A DNA stretch of 64,000 bases from Monocercomonoides exilis PA203 (Eukaryota; Protista; Preaxostyla). Made by a program: the position numbers and the translations under genes. Below are positions 57,901 to 64,000 of this stretch, one piece after another. Each line of letters starts with the position of its first letter. Position 1 is the first letter of the stretch. Location: positions 434,001 through 498,000 of the forward strand of contig LSRY02000044.1 of the NCBI GenBank assembly GCA_001643675.2, written 5' to 3'. Below the pieces are notes generated by a model. The model was not told the DNA's origin. It worked only from the letters and a program-made list of their open reading frames with translations, and made no database searches.

Positions 57901-60900
57901 CCATTATTATTATTTCCAAAATCGTGAAATTCAGAACAATCGTTTCCAATAACTTTTGGCTTATCATCAGAAAAGTTTGATCTTTGAATTTCTTTTTTCT
58001 TCTTTTCTTCCAAATGCTTTCTTTCCTTCTTTAACTCACTCATCCAGTCATGCTGAGCTGCTATCTTGATAAGTCTCTTTGCAACCCTCTTCGCATCATA
58101 CCAAATCCGAACAGGTTCTGCAGAAGGAAGCACCACACAATCAGGAGACATTCGCAGATCGTCCACAACAACAGCAGTTGTCTCAGTGACAAAGAGAACT
58201 CCGTCTGTTGCATCGACTCCGCCAACCAGCCGAGACACATTGCTCATAAACAACAAAGGCGAGGAGAAAAGAGGGAAGAGCAGAGAAGAAATACTACGAT
58301 TCAAGAAGTCAAGATCTGGAGAGCGAATTGGATAAAAGAGGGAAGAAGAAGGAGGATTTTGTAAGTAAAGAAATCGATTATTTGGATGGTAGCTGTGTAA
58401 AGGCGGTTGATGTTCGAGCTTCTGTGGTAAAAGCTCAGATGATTCCTCTTTGGATTTTGCAAATAAATCGACGCAATCAGACAATTGAGTGGTCAGACTG
58501 TCATTATTCTTTTCTTCTTCTGAAACTTGAATTAAATGATTTCCTTTTTGCTTTTCACTAACATTAAGATTGGAAGATTCCATTTTCAATGCATTTTTCA
58601 GAAGATAAATGTATGATTTGTCTGTATTTCCTTCAACTGTCTCTTTGTTCAGATATTTCAAAGGACCAAACTTCGAAGGAATATTGCCAAATGAAAGTTT
58701 ACAATCTTCAGTTGTTCCTCTTTCTCTGCACAAAGACTGTGCAACGAGTGGAGATTGGTTTCGATACACATCGCTATGCCAGCCAATCAGACGTTCTTCA
58801 TCATCTTCAATCAAACGACTCAATAGCTCTTTTTGCAGCAACGATGCAATCAAATCTTTTCCTCTGTCATTCGAGTTTCGATCCGATACCTCTTTTTCAT
58901 CTTGACAACTACAGCTTTCTTCTTCTTCTGACATTGATGAACTCATATCATCCTCCTCTTCTTCTTCAGACGTGTCTTCATCATATGATTCAGAATCTAT
59001 GCGTTTATCTTTGTGCAACAATCCTTTCGCATTTGAATAATTTTCTTTTTTGCTGTTCTTTCTGAATACAATATCCAAGCTATCACTAACAAGCGATAGA
59101 AGATCATCCACATTCATCATCTGAATTCCATATACTCCTCCTTCGCTTTTGACAGTGTTCATTTCATCAATCCATTTTGAGTGTGCCTGCGAATGCATCG
59201 ACAGAGCAGAAGAAATCCACAAGCTGTGTCTCCGCGCAAACATCAGCTGCACTCTTCCAATCAGCGCTGCTCTGTGATATCCAGTGGACGATGCAATCAT
59301 GCGCGCTCTGTTGGTCTTCGTGCTCCAACGCCTCAGTCTCTCTTGTGAACGAGAAAGTGCTGCTAATCGAGTGTTTCTGTTGGTCTCCCATCTTCTTTTG
59401 CACAAAGCAAAAATGACAGCTGCTATACCACCAGGAGAATGAGTCAGGCATTGTCTAATGGAGGCTTCTTTTCTCTGGAAATAACTGGAAAATTCATTTG
59501 CCTTACAGTTTTGTACGATAAGCATGTCCATTCCTTCTGTCCAGCAATCCATCGCTCCTTCACAATAAGCCTCCAATCCTTGCTTTGTGAGGAACAACTG
59601 AGAAAGTGACTGCAGAAAAGCTTGATATGTCATTGAGCTTAGACTGTCAGCTGTTCCAGGAATTATCGTGGGAACGGGCAATCCATATACGTTTGACGAA
59701 GAAGTAGCCATAGACAATGAGCGCCCCTGTGGAGTGTAAAATGACTGTTCAGATGGAAGCATCGAAGTTGATGCAGTTAAGAATGATGAACTTGGAGTTT
59801 GAGACTGTCCATTTCTCGAATATGTTGGAGTCATTGAAGACATCGACGGAATACGAGAGATCGCATTTTGCGATGATTGAGGAAGAAGAGAATACAAACT
59901 TGTATTCGCTGAACTCACAGCAGGCTCATTAGTGTCTTTGTCTTCCTCGCGCCTTTCCAACTGAGCCATCAATTCCTGGAGCGAAACGAAGTCCTTGTTG
60001 AGTGAATCTTGATAAGGAAGAGGCACAGAGCAGCACTCTCTCATCAGCTGCATTGCTGTTGGGATGAGCATCGACGAGGCAACAGGAGCTTCTTCCACTT
60101 CGCTTGTGGGCTTCACCAAAGCAAGAAAACTCGACCAATCTTTTTTCTTGTTTGTTGCTCCGCTTTTCTCTTTTTCTTTCTCTTTCTCTTTCTCTTTCAT
60201 TTTTTCTCTCGCTTTGAGCTTTTCTTTCTCCTTCTCTTTCTCCTTTTCCTTTTCTTTGTCAACTGGGAAAAAGAATAGCTGTTGAAAGATGCTTGTGTAT
60301 GTGACAGCTACAAAAGACAGAAGCGAAAAGACAGCTTTTGAAAACCATTCATCTTTTTCGTACAAATCATTCATTGACAGTGCAAAAGCAACAACATATG
60401 CAATGAATGGAATATCCTGAATTGTTATGTTTTTATCCTTCTCCTTCTCCTTCTCCTTCTCTTTTTTCAGCCATTTGACTGAAGCAGTTGAAGGGTTGTG
60501 CCAAATGTCTGTCACATTTTCACACAAAAGAACTGAATTAAGTGAGGAAGCTGACAAAGCATTGGTTGAATGTGGATTCAGTAAGGAATGCATCGAACCT
60601 GATTGAGAAAAAATCTGAGTTTGATGTGAACGATCAATTGATTGTTCTTTCAGAGTGGAACTATGCTGCGATGTGGAGGCACTTTGAGAGGATGATTGAG
60701 ATTTTCTAAAGAATGAGAATCCTAATGTTTTGGATGACTGAGAACTTTTGGATGAGGAGCTTGATCCAACAGATGCTTTTGAATTACTTTCGCTTTCTCG
60801 TTTTCCTCTTCTTTCTTTCACAGCAGCAGAGTCCGAACTGGAAAGAGGAGCGGTGAACGAAAAGAGAGGCAGACGCAGTGAATAAATGAGTGTTATCAAA

Positions 60901-63900
60901 TGCTTCGCAGATTCTTTTATTTCGTTCTGAGTTCTGTTTATACACAGACGAATGCACGTCATCACCATCGTCCTCATTGCATACACAAGAATAGGCAGCG
61001 ATTGCTCAGCAAAGCGCGAATCTGGAGCAGAAGACGCATTCATGGAGAAGCTGACATTTGAACCAGTCTGTGAAAATGCTGACTGAGAAGGCATGACAGA
61101 TCGTCCTGAGTGCAGAATGTCAAATGCAAGCACAGGGAAAGATTCGACTGAACTTTCAAAAGCAGGCTGAGGATAGATGTGTGGATGAGTTTGCATTGAA
61201 TATTCATCAGAGAACGCTGAGTCCAGAAAAGTTGAATGTGTCTTAGGAACTGAAAGAGAATACTGAATTTTTGGTGATTGTTTTTCACTTGAAGAAGATG
61301 AAGAAAAATGAGTGCTCTGCGGTGAATGAGAAGATACTGGCGAAGAAAGAGGAGAAAGAGTTGTTCCTTCCTTGTTTATTGTCGAGTAATCCGAAACGAG
61401 AGAAGAAGGATGTGAAGTTCTTGGCGGAGGGGGGGGTGGAGGCGGTGGTGGTTGCTTTGAAGAAGATGGGGTCAAAAGAGGAGGTGGAGGAGGTGGTGGA
61501 GAAGGAGCCAAAGAAGTTGGTCTGGTTGGAGTTGATACAGTTGGACTTGATAATTGTGACTGAGGATTGTTTGAAGATTGCAATGCAACTGAGCTTCGTT
61601 CATTATCTGCACACGTTTTGCAACTGCTTAAGTCATTTGTGTTTAAAACATTTGGCTTCTCTGTTTGAATTTTTTTCTCTTCACAGACATCGTTGTTCTC
61701 TTTATCGGTTTCTATTCCTTCCATTTCGTCTGATCTTATCCATGAATAGAAAAACGAAGGCTGACTCACATCTCCCCATCCAATGGGCACATCAAAAGTG
61801 GAGAAAGAAGCAAAAGAAGAATGATTGACTTGTTCATTGTGCTCTTCATACAACATAAACGGAGCTTTGGATGTGTTGTCGTTTGGCAGAATTTGCTGAA
61901 CAACTGAAGTCAAAGAACAAATTAGTTTCAGCAGCTTTTCAGTGTTAACAGGAATAGCCCCGGCTTCTGCTTCTTCAGCAAGAAAGCAGGAAACGCTTGT
62001 TGCATTGGAGATTATAAGCTGATTGCTAAGAAATAGTTCTGGTTCAAACGATAGATAGCTTAGGAGAGAACGAACGAACTCATCGATAATACGTTTTTTG
62101 TGGATATGCTGTTCAAGTAAACTGAGATGTGGATGAATTCCTTCTAAAAGTTCTGTGAAAATATCGCAGAATGTGACAGAGCGAGAGAAGAAACTCAACA
62201 ATTGAGTGGAAGAAGCATTAAAAGAACTCGAAGAAGAAGCTGAGGAAGTTGTTTGGGAAGGCAACGTTGAATAAGAGGAGGAAGAAGACAAGCCAGCGGA
62301 AGAGGAAGAAGAAGGAGGAGGAGTGAAAGGCGGAATAGACGATGCGGTTGAAGACAGCTGTGCAGAAACACAGTCAGAATACAAAGAAGGCTTCTTGTCA
62401 AACAAATTTCCAGCCACACGCAAAGCAAAAAGCAGACAATCGTTTATCAGATGATAAATAGAGTTCTCAATGAAAGTGTATCTGTCAGCATTTGCTTCAT
62501 TCAAATTTTCAACTGAAGTAGCGTCGTTTGAATAAGTCGATTCTGAGGGATGCAAAAGAGAATAAGATCCGTCAGAGCTTTGCTTTGACTGCAAAGAAGA
62601 TGAAGAAAGAGAGCAAAAAGTTGGGAGGCAGTTGATTGTAGTTGTTGAATCCTTCTGTTTCTGTGCATCGGATACTGATGATGCTGAAGATGCTCCTTCA
62701 ACATCTGAAAATTCAGATAGATCAGTTGATTCATATGAAGGAATATTGATTATCAGAGAATCGTTTGTTTGAGTCTTTCTTTGCTTTTGGAACTGTTTGA
62801 AAGACACTCCATTTGAAAATGAGACAGTCGGAGTGAACGAATGAATTTGCTCATTGATATCCATTTCTGGTAAGATGGGTGTTGCTTCATCGAATTGGGT
62901 GCTAGATGAATCAGGGACAGATGTGTAATCAGTCATCTGTAATGAAGATGCTGATGAGGAAGGAGATTTGTCAAACTGAAACGTTTGCTCAACTGGCGTG
63001 CTTTGTGGATTTAACGTGAACAAAGTTGAAGTTTGTTTATCATCTTCTTTTCTCTTTGGATTTGTTGTGTTGAAGAGATCATTGCCGAGATCCAATTCAT
63101 CCACTGGAACAGCATCTGCATCGCTTTCATCGAAGTCAGACATTCCACACGTTGATTCAAGCTTGTTTGCTTTTTTTGTCTCCGAATTGTTTCCTTTTGC
63201 AATTAACGAGGTTTCTCCACCTAATTTTGAGTTTTCTTTTGTTTGGTTCATTTCTTCACCAGGAGAAGTTGCAAAAGAAGGTGCAAAAAGCAAAGTGAGC
63301 AAAGACATCCCTTCGACATATGGATTCAACAGCAGCATGTCAAACAGCAGTGCTGCTATTTCGTCCTTCCCTTCGTTCACACAAAGGAGCACAATTGCAT
63401 TCAGTGCTTCAATCACAACACGCACCAACAGACGCGAATGATTCACCACATCACACGGAAGACAGGGGAACAGAACACACAGATGAGAAGAGTTGAGTGA
63501 GAGAACAGAAGGAAAGAGTTCAGAATTCAGAGTGGCGGAGTGCCAAAACCCGCAATGGCCGGCAGACACAAATGGAGAGTGGGAGAAGAAGCGGTGTTCT
63601 TCTGGAGATAAAGTGGAATTACAAGAAGAAGAGGAAGAAGAGGCAGAGGAATATAGAGAAGATGGAGAATGATCTGTTAATTTCGTGTTCGAAGAAAACG
63701 GAAAGTCTTCTTGCTTTTCGAATTCATCAGGCGTCAAAACAGGAATGCAAAAGGAAAGATCAGTTAAGGAATTGTTATTGCCACTTGATTCCTTTGTCAT
63801 TGAATGACTATCCGTTTGAGAAGCAGAAGCAGATGGAGCAGATGAAGAAGCAACAGATGCAAATGATGGAGATTGCTTGTAAATTGTTTCACGTTTGTGA

Positions 63901-63998
63901 ACATTCTTTGAACGAATATCATTTGCATTCAAAAGATGAGGCCTCCAATCAACACAAGCATCTGAAGAAAGATAGCAGCAGTTGTGTGCAGCTGTTAG
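48963..63998 (-). CDS. BEACH-domain protein with PH-BEACH, WD40 repeats and C-terminal FYVE-like finger (WDFY3/ALFY-like architecture); 5' end beyond window
   Basis: The frame is open to the window edge. BEACH motifs at ~57030-55520: WQKGQMSNFRYLMLLNTAAGRT, DLNQYPVFPWV, RDLSKPMGAQ, HFGSHYS, KFDVPDRIF, KELIPEFF, ALESQYVSENLNHWIDLIFG, FGQTPSQLF..PHP. WD motifs LITGGEDGVVAVW and AHRHPVISI...SGDCSGMVVVWD. Eight-Cys finger at ~49040-49205. Confidence 0.92.
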   Translation of the reverse strand, partial: LTAAHNCCYLSSDACVDWRPHLLNANDIRSKNVHKRETIYKQSPSFASVASSSAPSASASQTDSHSMTKESSGNNNSLTDLSFCIPVLTPDEFEKQEDFPFSSNTKLTDHSPSSLYSSASSSSSSCNSTLSPEEHRFFSHSPFVSAGHCGFWHSATLNSELFPSVLSLNSSHLCVLFPCLPCDVVNHSRLLVRVVIEALNAIVLLCVNEGKDEIAALLFDMLLLNPYVEGMSLLTLLFAPSFATSPGEEMNQTKENSKLGGETSLIAKGNNSETKKANKLESTCGMSDFDESDADAVPVDELDLGNDLFNTTNPKRKEDDKQTSTLFTLNPQSTPVEQTFQFDKSPSSSASSLQMTDYTSVPDSSSTQFDEATPILPEMDINEQIHSFTPTVSFSNGVSFKQFQKQRKTQTNDSLIINIPSYESTDLSEFSDVEGASSASSVSDAQKQKDSTTTINCLPTFCSLSSSSLQSKQSSDGSYSLLHPSESTYSNDATSVENLNEANADRYTFIENSIYHLINDCLLFALRVAGNLFDKKPSLYSDCVSAQLSSTASSIPPFTPPPSSSSSAGLSSSSSYSTLPSQTTSSASSSSSFNASSTQLLSFFSRSVTFCDIFTELLEGIHPHLSLLEQHIHKKRIIDEFVRSLLSYLSFEPELFLSNQLIISNATSVSCFLAEEAEAGAIPVNTEKLLKLICSLTSVVQQILPNDNTSKAPFMLYEEHNEQVNHSSFASFSTFDVPIGWGDVSQPSFFYSWIRSDEMEGIETDKENNDVCEEKKIQTEKPNVLNTNDLSSCKTCADNERSSVALQSSNNPQSQLSSPTVSTPTRPTSLAPSPPPPPPPLLTPSSSKQPPPPPPPPPPRTSHPSSLVSDYSTINKEGTTLSPLSSPVSSHSPQSTHFSSSSSSEKQSPKIQYSLSVPKTHSTFLDSAFSDEYSMQTHPHIYPQPAFESSVESFPVLAFDILHSGRSVMPSQSAFSQTGSNVSFSMNASSAPDSRFAEQSLPILVYAMRTMVMTCIRLCINRTQNEIKESAKHLITLIYSLRLPLFSFTAPLSSSDSAAVKERRGKRESESNSKASVGSSSSSKSSQSSKTLGFSFFRKSQSSSQSASTSQHSSTLKEQSIDRSHQTQIFSQSGSMHSLLNPHSTNALSASSLNSVLLCENVTDIWHNPSTASVKWLKKEKEKEKEKDKNITIQDIPFIAYVVAFALSMNDLYEKDEWFSKAVFSLLSFVAVTYTSIFQQLFFFPVDKEKEKEKEKEKEKLKAREKMKEKEKEKEKEKSGATNKKKDWSSFLALVKPTSEVEEAPVASSMLIPTAMQLMRECCSVPLPYQDSLNKDFVSLQELMAQLERREEDKDTNEPAVSSANTSLYSLLPQSSQNAISRIPSMSSMTPTYSRNGQSQTPSSSFLTASTSMLPSEQSFYTPQGRSLSMATSSSNVYGLPVPTIIPGTADSLSSMTYQAFLQSLSQLFLTKQGLEAYCEGAMDCWTEGMDMLIVQNCKANEFSSYFQRKEASIRQCLTHSPGGIAAVIFALCKRRWETNRNTRLAALSRSQERLRRWSTKTNRARMIASSTGYHRAALIGRVQLMFARRHSLWISSALSMHSQAHSKWIDEMNTVKSEGGVYGIQMMNVDDLLSLVSDSLDIVFRKNSKKENYSNAKGLLHKDKRIDSESYDEDTSEEEEEDDMSSSMSEEEESCSCQDEKEVSDRNSNDRGKDLIASLLQKELLSRLIEDDEERLIGWHSDVYRNQSPLVAQSLCRERGTTEDCKLSFGNIPSKFGPLKYLNKETVEGNTDKSYIYLLKNALKMESSNLNVSEKQKGNHLIQVSEEEKNNDSLTTQLSDCVDLFAKSKEESSELLPQKLEHQPPLHSYHPNNRFLYLQNPPSSSLFYPIRSPDLDFLNRSISSLLFPLFSSPLLFMSNVSRLVGGVDATDGVLFVTETTAVVVDDLRMSPDCVVLPSAEPVRIWYDAKRVAKRLIKIAAQHDWMSELKKERKHLEEKKKKEIQRSNFSDDKPKVIGNDCSEFHDFGNNNNGNEKTNSISSYFEDEEERLDDDSNFLLSSESEKGTNKAGNEINKYPLNHPDSALIHAPFSLFAIASMLFLSKYEDSGCINSSSFVKYYNEFVQHQLKTVCECAMCASSSSSSPIVSATDGNNCVYNSTTDIKEGIDLTSKLLSNSDFSSIFNSLADGTETLRRAFHVLQSSDLAKRSGCHQLLPFTQTYQLSDIIEIQPLRFTLMPTALELISLTQTSLFLIFPDALVRKAAYTQLSIAVSALNPYYQPHHKEFVAASAEPGIIASVSGTTPLLEQDEDGYYRFTTLNEATEKWQKGQMSNFRYLMLLNTAAGRTMKDLNQYPVFPWVLKEYNSMSPDLDLINKDSYRDLSKPMGAQTEKRRKKAKDQFENMLTVAKMDAVQSLKSGDGMSGTSDEPIVIPADSLLLINSIHSEAVNTNRVIEDQSFFRSKQNFRRWHDIETTLKQLQNERMKERTKEKAQISNQQSSGASSSSGSGFVSSVPTIPSPSINFTFQSQPYHFGSHYSNAGIVLFYLTRIEPYTTLEKHIHSGKFDVPDRIFHSVGEVWQCASEGFVYDFKELIPEFFTTANFLRSHLPFAQLGYRTSVLESGLVLPSSNEQSLSDSHSSPSSALPTSSSVMSLIREKTKMYLSNPQRLRPRRRNRHSRKQKNLSDLSKDRVSHHYTESLSSFLSLDQLPSSISSAILPSPPIGTPTHDVILPQWAHKDPERFIAIHRAALESQYVSENLNHWIDLIFGCLQRGPKAVKALNTFHFLTYEGSVDIASINDKITKKSVIAQINNFGQTPSQLFLKPHPSKKVHAPQPNLFDYPLDALSVKSFSQSLPSSASSASASGVLSSLTSARSASMSSAAAPSDPYLPLKSSALTMSSSSLPQVTQFSSQMPHPSLSLSISDIRVKQNTDLLQNRIESIGPKRIFIPNSKGMYISFAGSDNALRVCSSTSSSSVLSVHENMHNGAITAAAFYGGAVQAKDKSEIFPYVGCGIGWEKQNAIVDEISEEESQLLCELSVKSLKLMDNGMLFPHSSFDMLSQLFAGPSVQTNEVKNNKDCDSEQHLFKLKRKLSPQSISRSNIHQSAVDLELKESNDETAQQLISLLTNRTIAKGLSRTLLLTLDTLFVDFSSSLSLKTGSVPQLPKKQVDFAQFGGSDYLLSVVEEIRSSKIAKRKANEEKNKKSITEKSCMLVIGSDSTGDEISTESLQQASSSSPDTEINTKLNTEKENEKKRNIEKLVKEEEAKQHDLLSTPPLPLPLDFSSDSSNDKSSKEDLTNDLSLSHTQQSIEDGEANESFIIPSMNALSLPISLQTDDLSTMSPFTIKHREVHPNEQSSSSESEAQLDATEAQKEAQNVDTTQITEATTKEDVSSHPSLDSSTSEASRPQQLPEDSSSKSSIQSRTSSVAMPASDTNYQPVSRSTSFSSTVSRKILSPSLSYSVSPIRSTLPTKEQEEFSLSIPTPSQSTHVFISPTSTSTAHPYKTMVHPVGLHQFSHSSKSDLYSSQSRQEVKTHTSSDLGFTLITGGEDGVVAVWRFTTSDESQQKTLFGCSPFFPSSSVLSTVTPLVGATVCGELKEKEKEKEKERDEKRRQKERERAKAFGGMFGGELSDWASTGMKWKIGTNGFGICERKSRKNRKEEFEGYGYITINPSLSAELGEMALGKVKKNASKDVSIRSLSGNREIVSVDVNGFAVGSGFDIDRALLEQHSYSSARSLQQSQTAQIVDIADAQEAAQMAAASLGQLSSSAADKSLLQSLYSTLFSIEKRSGMSLGFGLWDSSMTGLVKVLQNEMSAPDKNSFSPSSQQKFSQLNSSYDEGKNDDESYLMGYMSVSTPSNQGMVNQFSADTSILPSSMQMNNSTDSYLMPEAHSSQVSPPKNGCASFDASSLQTPKQTTSANQNFFASAQMAEEKDSTSSPPKRLVRSMSFSRKALLTRQASSLSLSTLTSAVSMLLPHSVTSPPSAHSSNVAPSSPSVSNTPQSLASLIKHTYLVMGPGASIIRHYNNIYQQRFIGRAASGFIFRNSPFPSESSSSFFPPEDNDYEEWVHALSVKGANEREREKASSPNFLNQKSDIQSIFRQNSNQFLDSISTKTASFVQPQILFNEMRCDVIARLYAHRHPVISIATDSSAGICASGDCSGMVVVWDMKRLQLRWCVSVVPSLSTPQIAQFRTDSENADESKWRNGGNELPLACIANGSQVKNKSGGCLPNDLVVSRRPLYANCIVTNTLRDIVAEHKSQLMRNENEYDECNNIETKRNFSLMNDRCASDSNEGLFEEMNNINGNNCETIEKDAPVDENECMFNFETLPIHLPESYPIETLIIEKGSTSIIASNGNKLWKWNSNGSAVICGEAVVSDDEEITALSISRKGLEKSRSCNLSIKSLDFFGETKTQHDEEIEKGKENIDMEQIDSPKEQNEENKNEYEADSLSISSSQDEQKEEQKTEFSLKEIREKVIEYLAEYRKVHEKSISSCYVIGTSKGSVLVFEGAQRPQLKGLSWRQVAHIVSNAEKGGVIWNISKCLPACYLDIAMKNETKMRNVSQSSSETQLEKKKNNFLTKDKHYSAASSSSLHLSSTCLETSDEVDLSISPSNYSISSKASLDSSIFPYSSSLPISLFWRAASSSSEISSCIVEHIFSNCIEHATAQVSESRRELETELIWNIKMPEAEKELNEKRDVERELFICSDEKPSSAFSIISNRTSRKHLTFDPSTISIDLRKYPVPPPSRSSFSFSSATFSSSADLKRYFRKGALFGSASKPVSLVKVRILTPNEDLPEYDHYLTQSSNHIDKIQFPSCNEISSSMIPKKLVSRFSFCRVFESLSILRKNGSLMFIDLNPHPSIHLQNDTYKSVLSNFIPFMVKSRGSVTKLFSSKDGLSLVCGNGVSAINVLMPVEFKRKDFSEEKKEKDTVCFKCGKKLGGLTSGSACGVCGNMFCTNCLSEKTFSLVGVSAAKRKEVNTCEKCFSEIFNSGIISQGRFSGSFNDFELS

Positions 63999-64000
63999 TA

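Noticed and set aside
35398-63998. Proximity of HPS5-like and BEACH genes as an endolysosomal gene cluster
   Set aside because: They are convergent, separated by two unrelated genes, and share no visible regulatory element. Chance adjacency is adequate without synteny data.
1-64000. Alternative genetic code (TAA/TAG read as Gln, as in some oxymonads), CRISPR arrays, tRNA/rRNA genes, transposases
   Set aside because: TAA ends conserved proteins at the expected positions (DDEL*, cofilin, HAD), and multi-kb ORFs contain no in-frame TAR. I recognised no repeat-spacer array, cloverleaf, rRNA or transposase motif by eye.

Overview
This is AT-rich eukaryotic DNA with short GT-AG introns and the standard genetic code (TAA, TAG and TGA all end genes). 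Gene style and families suggest an anaerobic metamonad, probably a Monocercomonoides-like oxymonad; that is inference. About ten genes are supported: a lebercilin-like coiled-coil protein; a ~2900-aa protein with a degenerate kinesin-like head, B-box and long coiled coil; a ~3800-aa beta-helix-repeat single-pass receptor with a C-lobe-only pseudokinase; an ER thioredoxin/PDI-like protein; ADF/cofilin; a SPRY-like protein; a giant HPS5/TECPR2-like WD40 protein; a histone variant; a Cof-type HAD phosphatase; and a >5000-aa BEACH-WD40-FYVE protein. The standout is a two-exon gene at 46003-46939 (-), only partly captured by the ORF track. It encodes an H2A.Z-type histone fold fused to a CHFR-like Cys-rich domain ending in a PAR-binding zinc finger (PBZ), a candidate convergent analogue of macroH2A. 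An inverted, internally deleted, decayed copy of the HPS5-like gene lies just upstream of the receptor gene. I recognised no rRNA, tRNA, CRISPR array or transposase. All homology calls are by eye from remembered family motifs, not from searches.
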